From contig CAVTVO010000037.1 of the NCBI GenBank assembly GCA_963738065.1, positions 1,688 to 65,687 of the forward strand: DNA of 64,000 bases, read 5' to 3'. This stretch comes from an uncultured Alphaproteobacteria bacterium (lineage in GTDB: Bacteria; Pseudomonadota; Alphaproteobacteria; Rhizobiales; Hyphomicrobiaceae). Position numbers and translations under genes: made by a program. The notes below the pieces were generated by a model, which saw only the letters and a program-made list of their open reading frames with translations, made no database searches and was not told the DNA's origin. This document shows, one piece after another, positions 1 to 10,834 of the stretch (the stretch's first letter is position 1; every line of letters begins with the position of its first letter).

Positions 1-2
1 GC

Positions 3-353
3 GTGGGTCAGTCGCGTTGGCTGATCTATCTGAATTTCGGCTTTGGCCGGCAAGCGCTCAGCGCCACGTTGCGGCGAGTCGACGGCGAGGCGCTGCTGGG
101 CGCGCCGCCGAGCGACCCAAAGCAACTCGAAGGCAAGCTCCTGCGCGTCAGGGGTTGGATCGAGCGCCGTCATGCCGGCGGCGTGTCGCGAGCGGGCGGT
201 CCGGTGATCGACCTTTCGGCGGCCGGCATGGTCGAGGTCGTGGACGAACCGGCCGCAACTTCGGGTGGCGCGCCGAGGCCGCGGTCCGAGCGCACCACCC
301 CGCGCGTAGCCCCGAAAGCAAAACCGCCCGATCTCATCGAGACCGGGCGGTAG
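3..353 (+). CDS. 3' end of a gene entering from upstream; C-terminal part resembles thermonuclease (SNase)-like proteins, followed by a Pro/Ala/Arg-rich tail
   Basis: ORF 3..353(+) open at window edge; ...YLNFG...LEGKLLRVRGWIERR...GPVIDLSAAGMVEV; recognition from memory only. Confidence 0.3.
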   Translation: MGQSRWLIYLNFGFGRQALSATLRRVDGEALLGAPPSDPKQLEGKLLRVRGWIERRHAGGVSRAGGPVIDLSAAGMVEVVDEPAATSGGAPRPRSERTTPRVAPKAKPPDLIETGR

Positions 354-386
354 CTGAAATGTCGTGCAGGGGGCGAGGCGTTCGCG

Positions 387-1462
387 TCAGGCGGCCTTGA
401 CCTCGGCCTCCTCGGCGGCGAGGCGGCGACCGCTGGCGCTCTTGGACAGCACCTCGGTGATGCGCTGCACCGCGCCGCGCTCGTCGAGCTTCTCGACCGC
501 CGCGATCTCGCGCGCCATGCGGTCGAGCGCGTCCTCGTAGAGCTGGCGCTCGGAGTAGGACTGCTCGGGCTGCGCCTCGGAGCGGTAGAGATCGCGCACG
601 ACCTCGGCGATCGACACGAGATCGCCGGAGTTGATCTTGGCGACGTACTCCTGCGCGCGGCGGCTCCACATCGTGCGCTTGACGCGCGCGCGGCCCTTCA
701 GGGTCTCCATCGCCTTCTTGACGACGGCCTCGTCGGAGAGCTTGCGCATGCCGACGCTCGCGAGCTTGCCGGTGGGCACGCGCAGCGTCAGCTTCTCCTT
801 GTCGAAGTTGATCACGAAGAGCTCGAGCGCCATGCCGGCGATCTCCTGCTCCTCGATGCCGACGATGCGGCCGACGCCGTGCGCCGGATAGACGATGAAC
901 TCGTTGGCCTTGAAGCCGTGCCGCTGGCTGACCGGCTTCTTGTTGCGCGCTGCGCGCCGCCTGCTGGCGGGCAAGCGCGGCCTTCTCGGCGACGTCGCCT
1001 TGGGGGCGTGCGCTGCCGTGATGGCCTGGCCCGGGTGCTTGGACACGGCGGCCGGCATCCGGCGAACGGCCGCGGGCGCCGCGGCATGGCCCGGCATCAT
1101 CGTCGCTTTGTGCGCGATGGCCTTGGGCGGCACGGTCTTGGGCGGCACGGTCTTGGCCGTCGGCGCCGAAACGTGCTTTGTCCCCGGCGGGGTCTTTGCC
1201 ACGGTCTTCACGACCGCCACGGTCTTCACGACTTGCGGCTTGACGGCTGCCGGGGCCGGTTTCTTGGCCGGCGCTTTCCTGCTCTGGTCAGCCTTGACGG
1301 CGCCGGCTTTGCGGCAGTCTTGCTCTGAGGCTTGGCCGGTTGCCCCTTGCGCGTGGCAGCCTTGGCTGAAGACGCGGAGGCGCGAGCGCCCGGCTTGGGC
1401 ACAGCGTGCTTCCTGGCGACAGCCCTCTTTGCCGCGTTCTTCGGGGTCGTTTTCCGTACCAT
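387..1462 (-). pseudogene. carD: CarD/CdnL-family RNA-polymerase-binding regulator with ~190-aa Ala/Lys/Pro-rich N-terminal extension; one frameshift near 1300 as sequenced
   Basis: ORF 387..1229(-) carries FKANEFIVYPAHGVGRIVGIEEQEIAG...MWSRRAQEY...SGDL (CarD_TRCF + CdnL C-domain). The same frame stays open upstream with AKP repeats, and ORF 1226..1525(-) supplies MVRKTTPKNAAKRAV... Frames join at ~1298-1303. Confidence 0.85.
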
Positions 1463-1917
1463 GTCGCTCGTCTCACTTTGACAAAGGTTGTATTTCCAGT
1501 CTTCACGCGCATTACGTGTAGGCACTGAGCGTTGGCGCGCACGCGGGCGCGGACTACCGACGCGTCGTCGTCCTCCTATGTCTCAGCTGCGTTTCCTGGC
1601 GGCAGATCCAACCGGCACCACCAAGCCTTCGCGCCTGCATTTTATGGCTTGGCTGCCCAAACTGCGGCGCAGGTGCTCAACCTGTTGCGCAGGGGGTAAA
1701 CCGCGTTCACATACGGTTTTCAGTTCCGACTTTGTTCATGCCGACACCACCAAAACCAATATAACACAAACTTCACGCATTTTGAAGCGTCAGGGCGTGC
1801 TCGCAATGCTGGCACCGCGGCCGTGCTTAAGTGCCGGCAACGAGTGGAGAGAAAATTGTACGCAACTTTTGCGTGCACATCCGGTCAAACTGCGCTAGGC
1901 CTCGATCTGCCGTGCTC

Positions 1918-2256
1918 TTAGTCTCCGGAGCCCGGCTCCTCGGAGAAGTATTTCTTGAATTTGTCCTTCTCGTCCTTGAACTCATCCGCGTCGGGCGGCG
2001 CTTCCTTCTTTGAGGTGATGTTCGGCCATTTTTCGGAATACTGCCGGTTGAGCTCCAGCCACTTCTCGAGACCAGGCTCGGTATCGGGCTTTATTGCCTC
2101 GACAGGACATTCCGGCTCGCAGACACCGCAATCGATGCACTCGTCGGGGTGTATGACCAGCATGTTGTCGCCCTCGTAGAAGCAGTCTACGGGGCAGACC
2201 TCGACGCAATCAGTGTACTTGCACTTGATGCAGTTCTCGTTGACGATGTAGGTCAT
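1918..2256 (-). CDS. fdxA: 7Fe ferredoxin (3Fe-4S + 4Fe-4S), FdxA type
   Basis: [29 protein letters not shown]...[12 protein letters not shown] cysteine pattern; 112 aa. Confidence 0.95.
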   Translation of the reverse strand: MTYIVNENCIKCKYTDCVEVCPVDCFYEGDNMLVIHPDECIDCGVCEPECPVEAIKPDTEPGLEKWLELNRQYSEKWPNITSKKEAPPDADEFKDEKDKFKKYFSEEPGSGD

Positions 2257-2383
2257 TCTGTCTCAAGACCCGCTGCGCGGCTGGACCATCGCTAGCCAGG
2301 AGCGCACGCCCATTTGTCGGCTGTTCTGGTGCCACAGATGATCGGCTTGGTGCAAGCGGCAATCATGATCGAGCACCGGCCGT

Positions 2384-2803
2384 TCACCCCTCCTGCTTCG
2401 TCAGCCGGTCGGTAAGGCGCCGATCCCTTTTGGTGGGGCGGCCGGTGCCCTTCTCGCCCTGCGGTCCGGGCGTCCCCCGCGGGATGCCGCTGCCCAGCGA
2501 CGAGACCACCTCGTAGAGCTGGCGCGCCTGCGGCGCCGGCCCCCTGCGCAGGCCCGGCGCAACGATCCTCAGCACCTCGACGCGCCCGCGCGTCGCGATG
2601 GTCAATACGTCGCCCGAACGCACGGAATGGCTAGGCTTGACGGCCTTGGTCCGGTTGACCCGCACCTTGCCGTCCTGCACGAGCTGCGCGGCCACCGTGC
2701 GGGACTTCGTGATGCGGGCAAACCACAGCCATTTGTCGAGCCGTTGGACCTCGCCTGCAACTGCCCCCGGGGTCACGGACGTATTCTCTTCGCTACCGGT
2801 CAC
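2384..2803 (-). CDS. RNA-binding S4 domain protein (Hsp15/HslR-like)
   Basis: QRLDKWLWFARITKSRTVAAQLVQDGKVRVNRTKAVKPSHSVRSGDVLTI = S4 alpha-L motif. Confidence 0.85.
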   Translation of the reverse strand: MTGSEENTSVTPGAVAGEVQRLDKWLWFARITKSRTVAAQLVQDGKVRVNRTKAVKPSHSVRSGDVLTIATRGRVEVLRIVAPGLRRGPAPQARQLYEVVSSLGSGIPRGTPGPQGEKGTGRPTKRDRRLTDRLTKQEG

Positions 2804-2858
2804 TGCGCCGGCCCGCGATCGATGCTTGGCGATCCATGCGACCTGACTCTAGCACCCC

Positions 2859-5800
2859 TCAATCCTGGCTGCGCTTCTCCAGAGCCGCCTTGAGGGAGCT
2901 CAGCGCTGCGAACGGCGAATCGGGATCGAACGCGGTCTTCGACGAGGGGGGATGCGCCTGCATTGGGGGACGCGGCCGCTCGTCGCGCTGCTTCCCCGGC
3001 TTTCGACGCGCGTCGCGGCGGTGCGGCGGGCCCTTGCCCTCTGGCTGGGCTGAGGGGCTTGGCGGGCGGGCGGCTCGCGGGCCGCGCGCGCGCTGGTGCT
3101 TCTGGGCGTCTGCGAGTGCCGTGTGCACCCTCCTTGCGACGTTCGGGCTGCGCTCGACCATTGCGCTCGGGCTCGAACGCCCGACCCTTGCGCCGCGGCC
3201 GCCAGATCTCTTCCCACCGTTCGGCGGCGGCTTCGGGCACAGACGGCGCAGCGGGGGTGGGACCTGCGGCCTCGGGCGGTTGCTCGGGCACCGGAGCGAG
3301 CGAGACCGTCGGCGGCTCCGCGGCGCCCGTTGCGGCATCGCCAGCCTCACCCGTGCCATTGGACGGAACGGCTGCTGCCGCCGCCTCCGCGGGCGGTGGC
3401 AGGCTCGCCTCCGCCTCGACCTGGGGTGCGGCGGCGCGGCGCTCGGCCCAGAAGCCCAGCGCCTTCAGGACGTGCCCCAGCTCACCAGCCGAGCAGCCGA
3501 GTATCGAGATCATATCCGGCGTGGCCTTGAAGGCGCCATCGCCGGTGGCCCCCTTCGGAGGCGCGCTCGGATTGGCACTATCGGGCCGCCAGCCGAGCAG
3601 CGGGCGGATCAGGTCGGCAAGCCGCTCCAGCATGTCGATGCGCACCGCGCGGGGGCCGCACACATGGAAGCCCGCCACGCGATAGAAGGCGGACAGATCA
3701 GCCGCCCCGGCCGGAACCGCCACCGAGGTGAGGCCCGCGCGCGGCAGCTCGGGCATGGCCTCCAGCGCCGAGCGCGTGCTCGCCGCCGCGCTTCAAGACC
3801 CACAGTATGGTGGCGAGCTCCGAGGACGCCGGCTTCAGCAGGGCCGGGAAATAGATGTTGAAGGCGCCAAAACGAACCCCGTACTTCCTCAACTGGGCGC
3901 GCGCGGGCTGGTCGAGAGAGCGGATCTCTTCCGCGACGCTCTCGCGCCGCAGGACACCGAGATTCTCTTTGAGGCGGAAGGCGATGCCGCGCGCGAGGCC
4001 GGCGATGTCCTGGGCGGCGCCGATCTCGACCAGGGCTTTCAGCCGCTCGCCGATCAGCTCGGCGATCCAGGCGTTCAGGCGCTCCTGCACCTTGGCCCTG
4101 TCCGGCGCGGCCAGATGCTCGTCGGCCAGCAGGACGACGGCCGGCTTGAGCGGGTCTTCGCCGGCCTCCAGCCGCGCAATCTCCACATCGCGCCACAACA
4201 CAGCAGCCGAGCGCGTGAGCTTGAAGGCATCGCTCTTGGCCGACACCACGCGCCGCACGCGCATGGCGAGCTCTCTGGTCAGCACATGGGTCGCGGCATG
4301 GCGCGTGGCCTTGCCGTGGATGCCCTCGGCCTGCGCGTCGGGAAAGAAGCGAAACCCCTGCAGCCGCCCGACGAAATGCTTCTCGACGTGAACCGCCCCG
4401 TCCTCGGCGATCTCGGCGTAGAGCTCGTCCTTCTCCTTCAAGCCCTTCATGAGCGCGCTGGTGCGCCGGTCGACGAAGCGTTGCGTCAGCCGCTCGTGCA
4501 GCGCATCCGACAGGCTGTCCTCGATGGCGCGGGTGCGCTCCTGCCAGTGCTCGGGGTCGACCAGCCAGTCGACGCGATTGGACACGAAGGTCCAGGTGCG
4601 GATGTGGGCGATGCGGGTTGCAAGCGTATCGATGTCGCCGTCGGTGCGGTCGGCGAGCGCCACCTGCTGAGCGAACCAGTCCTCGGGGATGCGCTCCTCC
4701 GCGCCCATCAAGAACTTGTAGAGGGTGGCGACCAGCTCGGCATGGTTCTGCGTCGAGATCTTGCGGTAGTCGGGAACCTGGCACACGTCCCAGAGACGGT
4801 TGACGGCGATGCGCGAGGCGGCAAGCGCCACGACCTCGCGATCATGGCTGACGTTCTCCAGCGCCTGCATGTCGTCGGCGATGCGGGCACGCGCGAGCCG
4901 GATCTCGCGTGGCGATTCGCGCAGGCTGTCGCGCAGCCGGTCGAGCGTGGCGAAGTCCAGATCGCGATTGCGCCATTGCAGCGACTTGACGGGCTCGAAG
5001 GTGTGCGTCTCGAGCCGATCGATCAGGTCGGCAGAGAACGGCTCCACCGCGCCGGTGACGCCGAAGGTGCCGTCGTTCATGTGGCGGCCGGCGCGGCCGG
5101 CGATCTGGGCGAGCTCGGCCGGCATCAGCTCGCGGTGCACCTGCCCGTCGAACTTGCGCGTGCCGGCGAAGGCGACGTGGTCGACGTCGAGGTTGAGCCC
5201 CATGCCGATCGCGTCCGTGGCGACGAGGAAATCGACGTCGCCCGACTGATAGAGCGCCACCTGGGCGTTGCGCGTGCGTGGCGACAGGGCGCCGAGCACG
5301 ACCGCGGCGCCGCCGCGCTGGCGGCGGATCAGCTCGGCAACCGCATAGACCTCCGATGCCGAGAACGCGACCACGGCGGTGCGGGGCGGCAGCCGCGTGA
5401 TCTTCTTCTCCCCGGCGTAGCTGAGCTTGGAGAGGCGCGGGCGGGAGATGAAATTGGCGCCCGGGATCAGATCGCTGATGGCCTCGCGCATGGTCTGCGC
5501 GCCGAGCAGCAGCGTCTCGTGACGGCCGCGCACGTGCAGCAGCCGGTCGGTGAAGACGTGGCCGCGCTCGGGATCGGCAGCGAGCTGCACCTCGTCGACG
5601 GCGAGGAAGTCCACGTCCACCGTGCGCGGCATGGCCTCGACCGTGCACACCCAGTAGCGCGGGCGCTCGGGCTTGATCTTCTCCTCGCCGGTGACGAGCG
5701 CCACGTTGCCGGCGCCGGCGCGCGCAGCGATCTTGTCGTAGACCTCGCGCGCAAGCAGGCGCAGCGGCAGGCCGATGATGCCGGTGTCGTGGCCCAGCAT

Positions 5801-5890
5801 GCGCTCGATCGCCAGATGCGTCTTGCCGGTGTTGGTGGGCCCGAGCACCGCCGTGACGTTGCGGATGCGGCTGGCGAGGTCGAGGCTCAT
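2859..5890 (-). pseudogene. Large superfamily-2 ATP-dependent helicase (Suv3-like helicase-related protein of alphaproteobacteria) with Arg/Pro/Glu-rich C-terminal tail; at least 2 frameshifts as sequenced
   Basis: ORF 3698..5890(-) has GPTNTGKTH Walker A, DEVQ, and ATDAIGMGLN...AGRAGR motifs. The C-terminus continues in ORF 2800..3756 (MPELPRAGLTSV...RIDMLERLADLIRPLL) after a shift at ~3766. The final ...DPDSPFAALSSLKAALEKR is in ORF 2859..3359. Confidence 0.85.
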
Positions 5891-6214
5891 TCGCAGCTGT
5901 CCTCAAGGACGAAATCGTGCCCCAGGGCATTGCAGAGTGATGTGACAAGATCAAGAGGCTACGACGAAAAAACGCTGGCCGCAGGACAGTTCCACGATCA
6001 CGGCGGAACGGCGAGCGCATTTGTGGGCGAGCACGCAAATGGCGCGTCGTCGGGGCCCATCATGGCGGTTGCTCCGGCGCTCGAATGGAAATGCGCCGCG
6101 CGTGCAGCGACCCCAAACTCTTCCTATGGACTGCCGATCCAGCCCGCGTGCTCGATCAATCGCTGCGGCAACAACGAAAGTGTCGCCGCTATGGCGGAGA
6201 GCAAGGCGTCCGCG

Positions 6215-6436
6215 CTACGGCTGGTCGTCCTCATCCTTGAAGCCGACGAATATCCAGCCCAGCGATGTCGCCAGCACATAGGCGCCGAGCCCGGCAGCGA
6301 GGAAGAGGTAGACCTGCGTGGGTGGTGCCCGGCCCAAGGACAGCCAGGTCATGAGGCCATAGGCCGCCGGCAGGCACAAGATCAGCGCCAGCACGACAAA
6401 GAGACGACGAATTACCGCGAATGTGCGTCGCCACAT
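6215..6436 (-). CDS. Small two-helix membrane protein, unknown function
   Basis: 73-aa ORF; two hydrophobic stretches (LFVVLALILCLPAAYGLM, VYLFLAAGLGAYVLATSLGWIFV). Confidence 0.45.
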   Translation of the reverse strand: MWRRTFAVIRRLFVVLALILCLPAAYGLMTWLSLGRAPPTQVYLFLAAGLGAYVLATSLGWIFVGFKDEDDQP

Positions 6437-6546
6437 CGCCCGTTTCCTCCGCCATCATCTCATGCACGATTTGCCGAATCGAGTCTCGATTGACGCTACC
6501 CAGACTAAAGCGGTCCTCGACCTCTGAACAGCGCCCTGGGGCAGGA

Positions 6547-7242
6547 TCACTCCGTCTCGGCGATTTCCTGCAACACCTCCGTATTGCACAGCAGCTTGGA
6601 GCCGGTGCGCGCGATCCCGCCCATATCCTGCAGCATGGTAAGCGCAATGTTGACCTTGGGGCGGCTGGCGCCGATCAGCAGTGCCAGCTCGCCTTGCGAC
6701 ATGCCCAGATCCAGCGGCACCGCTTCTCCCTCGGCGCTGGGTGACTGCAGCTTCAGCGCCGACAGCAGCAGCCGCGCCAGCCGCACTTCGATACGGTGCA
6801 GCGCGATTGCCTCCAGGCGCTGGTCCGTCTCACGCAGTCGGTTGCACAGGAAATGAATGGCAGCCAACGCCACCTTCGGGTTGTTCTCGATCAGCTCGAG
6901 CACTGCTCGCTGTGGCAGCGCCATGGCTTGCACGCGGCTGATGGCGGTGGCGCCGGCGGTGCGCTCGCCGCCGTCGAGGGTGGCGATCTCGCCGAAGATG
7001 CTGCCGGGCCCTGCGTGCGCAAAGGAAAGCTCGCGACCGTCGCTCGAAAGGATCGACAGGCGGATCTTGCCATCGAGCACGAGGTAGATCTCGCGGCCGG
7101 GGTCGCCGCGCGAGAAGATCATCTGGTCGGGCTCGAACTGCACGCGCCGCATGCGGCCGGCAATGGCCGCACGGTCGACCTCGGCCAGGGACCCGAACAG
7201 GGCACTCTTGCCTAGCAACTCCACTATAGCCTGCGGCTCCAT
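6547..7242 (-). CDS. Crp/Fnr-family transcriptional regulator (cNMP-binding domain + HTH)
   Basis: MEPQAIVELLGKSALFGSL...IFSRGDPGREIYLVLDGKIRL...FGEIATLDGGERTA...MSQGELALLIGASRPKVNIAL; start chosen at ATG 7242 inside ORF 6547..7419. Confidence 0.9.
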   Translation of the reverse strand: MEPQAIVELLGKSALFGSLAEVDRAAIAGRMRRVQFEPDQMIFSRGDPGREIYLVLDGKIRLSILSSDGRELSFAHAGPGSIFGEIATLDGGERTAGATAISRVQAMALPQRAVLELIENNPKVALAAIHFLCNRLRETDQRLEAIALHRIEVRLARLLLSALKLQSPSAEGEAVPLDLGMSQGELALLIGASRPKVNIALTMLQDMGGIARTGSKLLCNTEVLQEIAETE

Positions 7243-7467
7243 CGCCTGGATCCCTGTTGTCGCCTGCCTTGCCCCAATCATGCAGGCGAGGCGGGGCCGG
7301 TGTCGAGGGCGGAAAGCGAGACTCCCCAATCGTTTGTGAATAGGCCCGAACGCCGGCCAAGGTGGCAATGTTCCGTGCGAAACAGCGGAAGCGGAGGATT
7401 TCGGCGACATTTGCGGCAACAGTCAGGCGGCCAGCGCCGCCCATCACCTCAATCAGCGGAGGATGCC

Positions 7468-7659
7468 ATGCGCCTCGTCGATGTCCTGCTCGCCAGCATC
7501 ATGCTGGGTCTGGCCATGGGCCTCGTGCACACGGGATTGCCAGGCTTTGGCGCACACGCCGGCAACCCTGAAGCTGGCATCAACTGCGGCCAGTCCAAGT
7601 GCGAGCGGATGACCTGGATCAGGACCCCCCTGACGCCGCGTCTCTCCTACAGCGAATAG
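7468..7659 (+). CDS. Possible small exported peptide (63 aa), unknown function
   Basis: GGAGGA 5 nt upstream of ATG 7468; N-terminal hydrophobic MRLVDVLLASIMLGLAMGLV; no family recognised. Confidence 0.3.
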   Translation: MRLVDVLLASIMLGLAMGLVHTGLPGFGAHAGNPEAGINCGQSKCERMTWIRTPLTPRLSYSE

Positions 7660-7686
7660 CCCACAGCTCAGCTTTCCCTGCCCCCG

Positions 7687-7696
7687 CCCCCCCCCC
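7687..7696. repeat. C10 homopolymer (within CCCCCGCCCCCCCCCCGGCCC) in intergenic DNA
   Basis: read directly at 7681-7700. Confidence 0.9.
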
Positions 7697-7892
7697 GGCC
7701 CGTCGGCTGGTCCCTCCCCAGGACCACCGGCGGGCCAATTGCGCTCGGCATGGCAGATGTGCAATTGGGCCCCTCAGCGCTGCCCATCAGGCGCCGGGCC
7801 GAGACGCGAAGAGACCGCGGGTCGGTCGTCGACCCGCGGTCGCATAGCTTTCGTACTTGGCTTTCGCAGTGCGCCGGTCTTGCCGCGCTGGG

Positions 7893-8999
7893 CTACCGCC
7901 GGAAGAAGGCGTCGACCCGCATGCCCGGCATCAGGGGCACGGTGCCATCCATATCGACGAGCACCTCCATCACCTCGACGTCGGTGGCCCGACGGGCGCC
8001 GCGCGAGCCCATGCGGGGCAGGGCGAGGGAAGGAGCGATCTCCGCCACCTTGCCTTCGAATTCCTGGCCCGGGTAGGCGGTGTTCTTCACAAACACCCGC
8101 TGGCCGACTTTGATCTTGGCCACGTCGTGCTCGTCCACCTCGGCGCGGACGCGCACGGCCGCGTCGCCCATCACCACCAGTGGCAGCTCGGGCGAAGGCC
8201 CCACCATCTCGCCGACCTTGGCGTTGACCTGCAGCACCTTGCCGGCAATCGGGGCGCGTATCCGCGACTTGTCGAGCAGCAATTCGGCGAGCGTCACCTC
8301 GGACCGGGCGGCGATCAGCCCTGCTTCCAGGCGGTTGGGAGCGGGCGTGCCGGCCCGCGAGATGGCCGAGGCCAGGGAAGATTGCTCCTGACGCAGGCGG
8401 TCGATAGCGTCCGCGTGACGGCGGCGAGCCGAGGAAAGCCGCTGGCTGTTGGGGTTGGTCCGATCGGCGGAGATGGCGTCATCGAGCTCGAAGCGTGCGC
8501 TCATGACGGCCCGCTCGGCATTGTAGACGGCGTCCTCGGCCTTGTTGATGCTGTCGCGACCGGCGGTGGCCGACTGGCCATCGCGCTCGCGCTTGCGCAC
8601 GGCGGCCTCGGCCTCGGCGGCCGTGAGCCGGGCGCGGGCCTCCTTGTCCTCGATCCGCACCAGAACCTCGCCCTCGGCCACCCGGTCGTTCATGTGCACG
8701 GAAACCTTCTCGACCCGCCCGCCGACTGCGGCGCCGATGCGGATTGTGCCGGAGCGTGGCTCGACGCGCCCCGGCGCCGCAGCCACCCAGGCCAGCTGCG
8801 CCGATACGGGCGCCGATGCCGAGGAGCTCGTGGACGCGCTGGGAGAGTTGAATTTGATCTGGATGGGGTTGCCCGGCGTGATGATGAGGGCGACCGCAAA
8901 GCCGGCAAGGCCCAGCGAGGCCAAGCCCGTAATTATGGCAAGCTTCCTGGCCATTCCGCCTCCCCGCCGCGCGTTTGCCAAATGCTGGTCGGCTGTCAT
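7893..8999 (-). CDS. HlyD-family periplasmic adaptor (membrane-fusion protein), no cognate transporter adjacent
   Basis: N-terminal TM (LAIITGLASLGLAGFAVALII), coiled-coil middle, and IRAPIAGKVLQVNAKVGEMV...VFVKNTAYPGQEFEGKV beta-barrel motifs. Start is uncertain (8999 or 8954). Confidence 0.8.
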   Translation of the reverse strand: MTADQHLANARRGGGMARKLAIITGLASLGLAGFAVALIITPGNPIQIKFNSPSASTSSSASAPVSAQLAWVAAAPGRVEPRSGTIRIGAAVGGRVEKVSVHMNDRVAEGEVLVRIEDKEARARLTAAEAEAAVRKRERDGQSATAGRDSINKAEDAVYNAERAVMSARFELDDAISADRTNPNSQRLSSARRRHADAIDRLRQEQSSLASAISRAGTPAPNRLEAGLIAARSEVTLAELLLDKSRIRAPIAGKVLQVNAKVGEMVGPSPELPLVVMGDAAVRVRAEVDEHDVAKIKVGQRVFVKNTAYPGQEFEGKVAEIAPSLALPRMGSRGARRATDVEVMEVLVDMDGTVPLMPGMRVDAFFRR

Positions 9000-9332
9000 C
9001 GCAAGGCCGCCTGTCGATTGCATGGCTCGGTCCTCATTTTATGGGGCTGGGCTCCGCAGCACAAGGGACGCGGGCCGGACGTGCCCTGTCTTAGGGGTCT
9101 CCGTCGCGCGTCGCTGTTTCACGCGAAACAACGACGCTGCTTGATGCTCGACTCTTTCGCGAGGCGCGCACGTGGCACGAGAGCCGCTGCATCCGTTTGG
9201 CCGCGCGCATCGCGCACGCGCAATATCAGGCAAACAGCTGTGCGCGGATCGGCAGGCCACACTCGCCCGCGCCGTCACGCGCGCAGGGATGCCAGGGAGT
9301 GCGCGACGTATGGCGAGATCACCAAGCTCTGG

Positions 9333-10766
9333 TCAGGGTTTGACCGCTGGCGCTTTCCCCTCCCCGATATCCCAGTAGAGCCCGGCCATGAGCGCGGCAG
9401 CCGAGCGCGAGAGGCTGAGCAGGATGTGCTCGTCGGGCGCATGCTGGGAGCAGGAGGGGTAAGAGTGTGGCACCCAGATCGTGGGAATCTTCAGGATATC
9501 TGTGAAGACGTCGTTGCAGATCGAGCCGCCCGATTGTGGCACCACCGCCGGCTTGGCATTGGCGGAGCGTTGCAGCGACGCAGCTGCAAATGCCGCCCAG
9601 GGGTGATCAGGCTCGGTGCGCGTGGCGGCAAATCCGCCGCTGTTGACCGAAGGCGGCGCCATCACCTTCACGGTGGTGAACCCGTTCTCATCGAGATGGC
9701 GCTGCAGCGCCGGCACGATGCCGTCGATGGCTGTGCCGGCAACGAACCGCAGCTGGCAGTTGGCAACGGCCTTGGGCGGAATGGCGTTGACCGGCCGCCC
9801 AGGCGTGCCGGTGGTGAAGGCGAGGATGTTGAACACGTTGGAGGCATAGACGCGCTCGGCCGGCGTCAGCCCGGGCTCGCCCCACCAGGGGTCGACCGCC
9901 GGGCCCTCCTCGCCGCCGTCGACCTCGACATCGGCCAGGCACTCCTTGACGGCCTTGCTCATCGGCGGAGCTCTCAAGGCCGGCACCAGCAGCTCGCCCG
10001 TCGGCCCGACGATGGCGGCGAGCGCATGGGCCAGGATGATGCCCGGATTGGCGATCAGCCCGCCCCAGTTGCCGGAGTGATGCCCGCCCTCGCGCAGGTC
10101 GCAGACGAGATCGAAATTGAGCGCGCCGCGGCAGCCGAGCGTCATGGTCGGCCGCTCGGGCCGGACGCGCGGCCCGTCCGAGGCGATCAGCACGTCGGCG
10201 GCGAAGTCCGCCTTGTGGGCGGCCACCAGCTCGGCCAGCCCCTTGGAGCCCGACTCCTCCCCCATCTCGATGATGAACTTGGCGTTGAAGCCGAGCCGGC
10301 CGCCCCGCTCCGCGCGCACGGCATCGAGAGCCGCCATGTTGAGCGTATGCTGGCCCTTGTTGTCCGCAGTGCCGCGGCCATAGAGGCGGTCGCCGTCGCG
10401 CGTGGTGATCCACGGGCCCTTGCCCTTGGTCCATTGGTCCTCCAGGCCGCGGATGACGTCGCCGTGGCCGTAGCCGAGCACGGTCGGCAAGCTTGCGTCC
10501 TCCATGCGGGTGGCGAGGAGCACAGGACCTTGCCCCGGCAATGGATTGTCGTAGATGCGGGTCGTGAAGCCGAGGCGCGCGAAGGCGGGCGTCATCTCCT
10601 GATCGAGGTAGCGCCGCAATTCCGGCAGGCTCGCGGGCAGCAGCTGGCTCTCGGTCTTGAAAGCGACGCGGCGCGCCAGCTCGGCCTCGAAGCCTCCACC
10701 CTCGATGTAGCCGCGGGCGCGGGCAATGGCGCCGGCGCGCGTTGGTCTCGCTGCGGTCTCGGTCAT
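9333..10766 (-). CDS. M20-family metallopeptidase (ArgE/DapE/CPG2-like dipeptidase)
   Basis: 477 aa intact; LGYGHGDV, GRGTADNKGQ, EMGEESGS metal-ligand motifs. Confidence 0.9.
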   Translation of the reverse strand: MTETAARPTRAGAIARARGYIEGGGFEAELARRVAFKTESQLLPASLPELRRYLDQEMTPAFARLGFTTRIYDNPLPGQGPVLLATRMEDASLPTVLGYGHGDVIRGLEDQWTKGKGPWITTRDGDRLYGRGTADNKGQHTLNMAALDAVRAERGGRLGFNAKFIIEMGEESGSKGLAELVAAHKADFAADVLIASDGPRVRPERPTMTLGCRGALNFDLVCDLREGGHHSGNWGGLIANPGIILAHALAAIVGPTGELLVPALRAPPMSKAVKECLADVEVDGGEEGPAVDPWWGEPGLTPAERVYASNVFNILAFTTGTPGRPVNAIPPKAVANCQLRFVAGTAIDGIVPALQRHLDENGFTTVKVMAPPSVNSGGFAATRTEPDHPWAAFAAASLQRSANAKPAVVPQSGGSICNDVFTDILKIPTIWVPHSYPSCSQHAPDEHILLSLSRSAAALMAGLYWDIGEGKAPAVKP

Positions 10767-10834
10767 TCGGGTGAACCTGCCTCAAGCGCCTGCGTCGGGG
10801 GTGTGCCGCGCAAGCATCGCTTCTATGACTGTCT

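Noticed and set aside
1526-1917. Possible ncRNA in the ~390-bp AT-richer spacer between carD and fdxA
   Set aside because: I could identify no convincing conserved structure or terminator by eye. It is more simply the carD promoter and 5' UTR region. Covariance-model scanning would be needed to settle it.
3728-6493. 921-aa plus-strand ORF
   Set aside because: It is antisense to the helicase gene. The translation is low-complexity and Arg/Gly/Ala/Leu-rich with no motifs, which is the typical shadow ORF of high-GC DNA.
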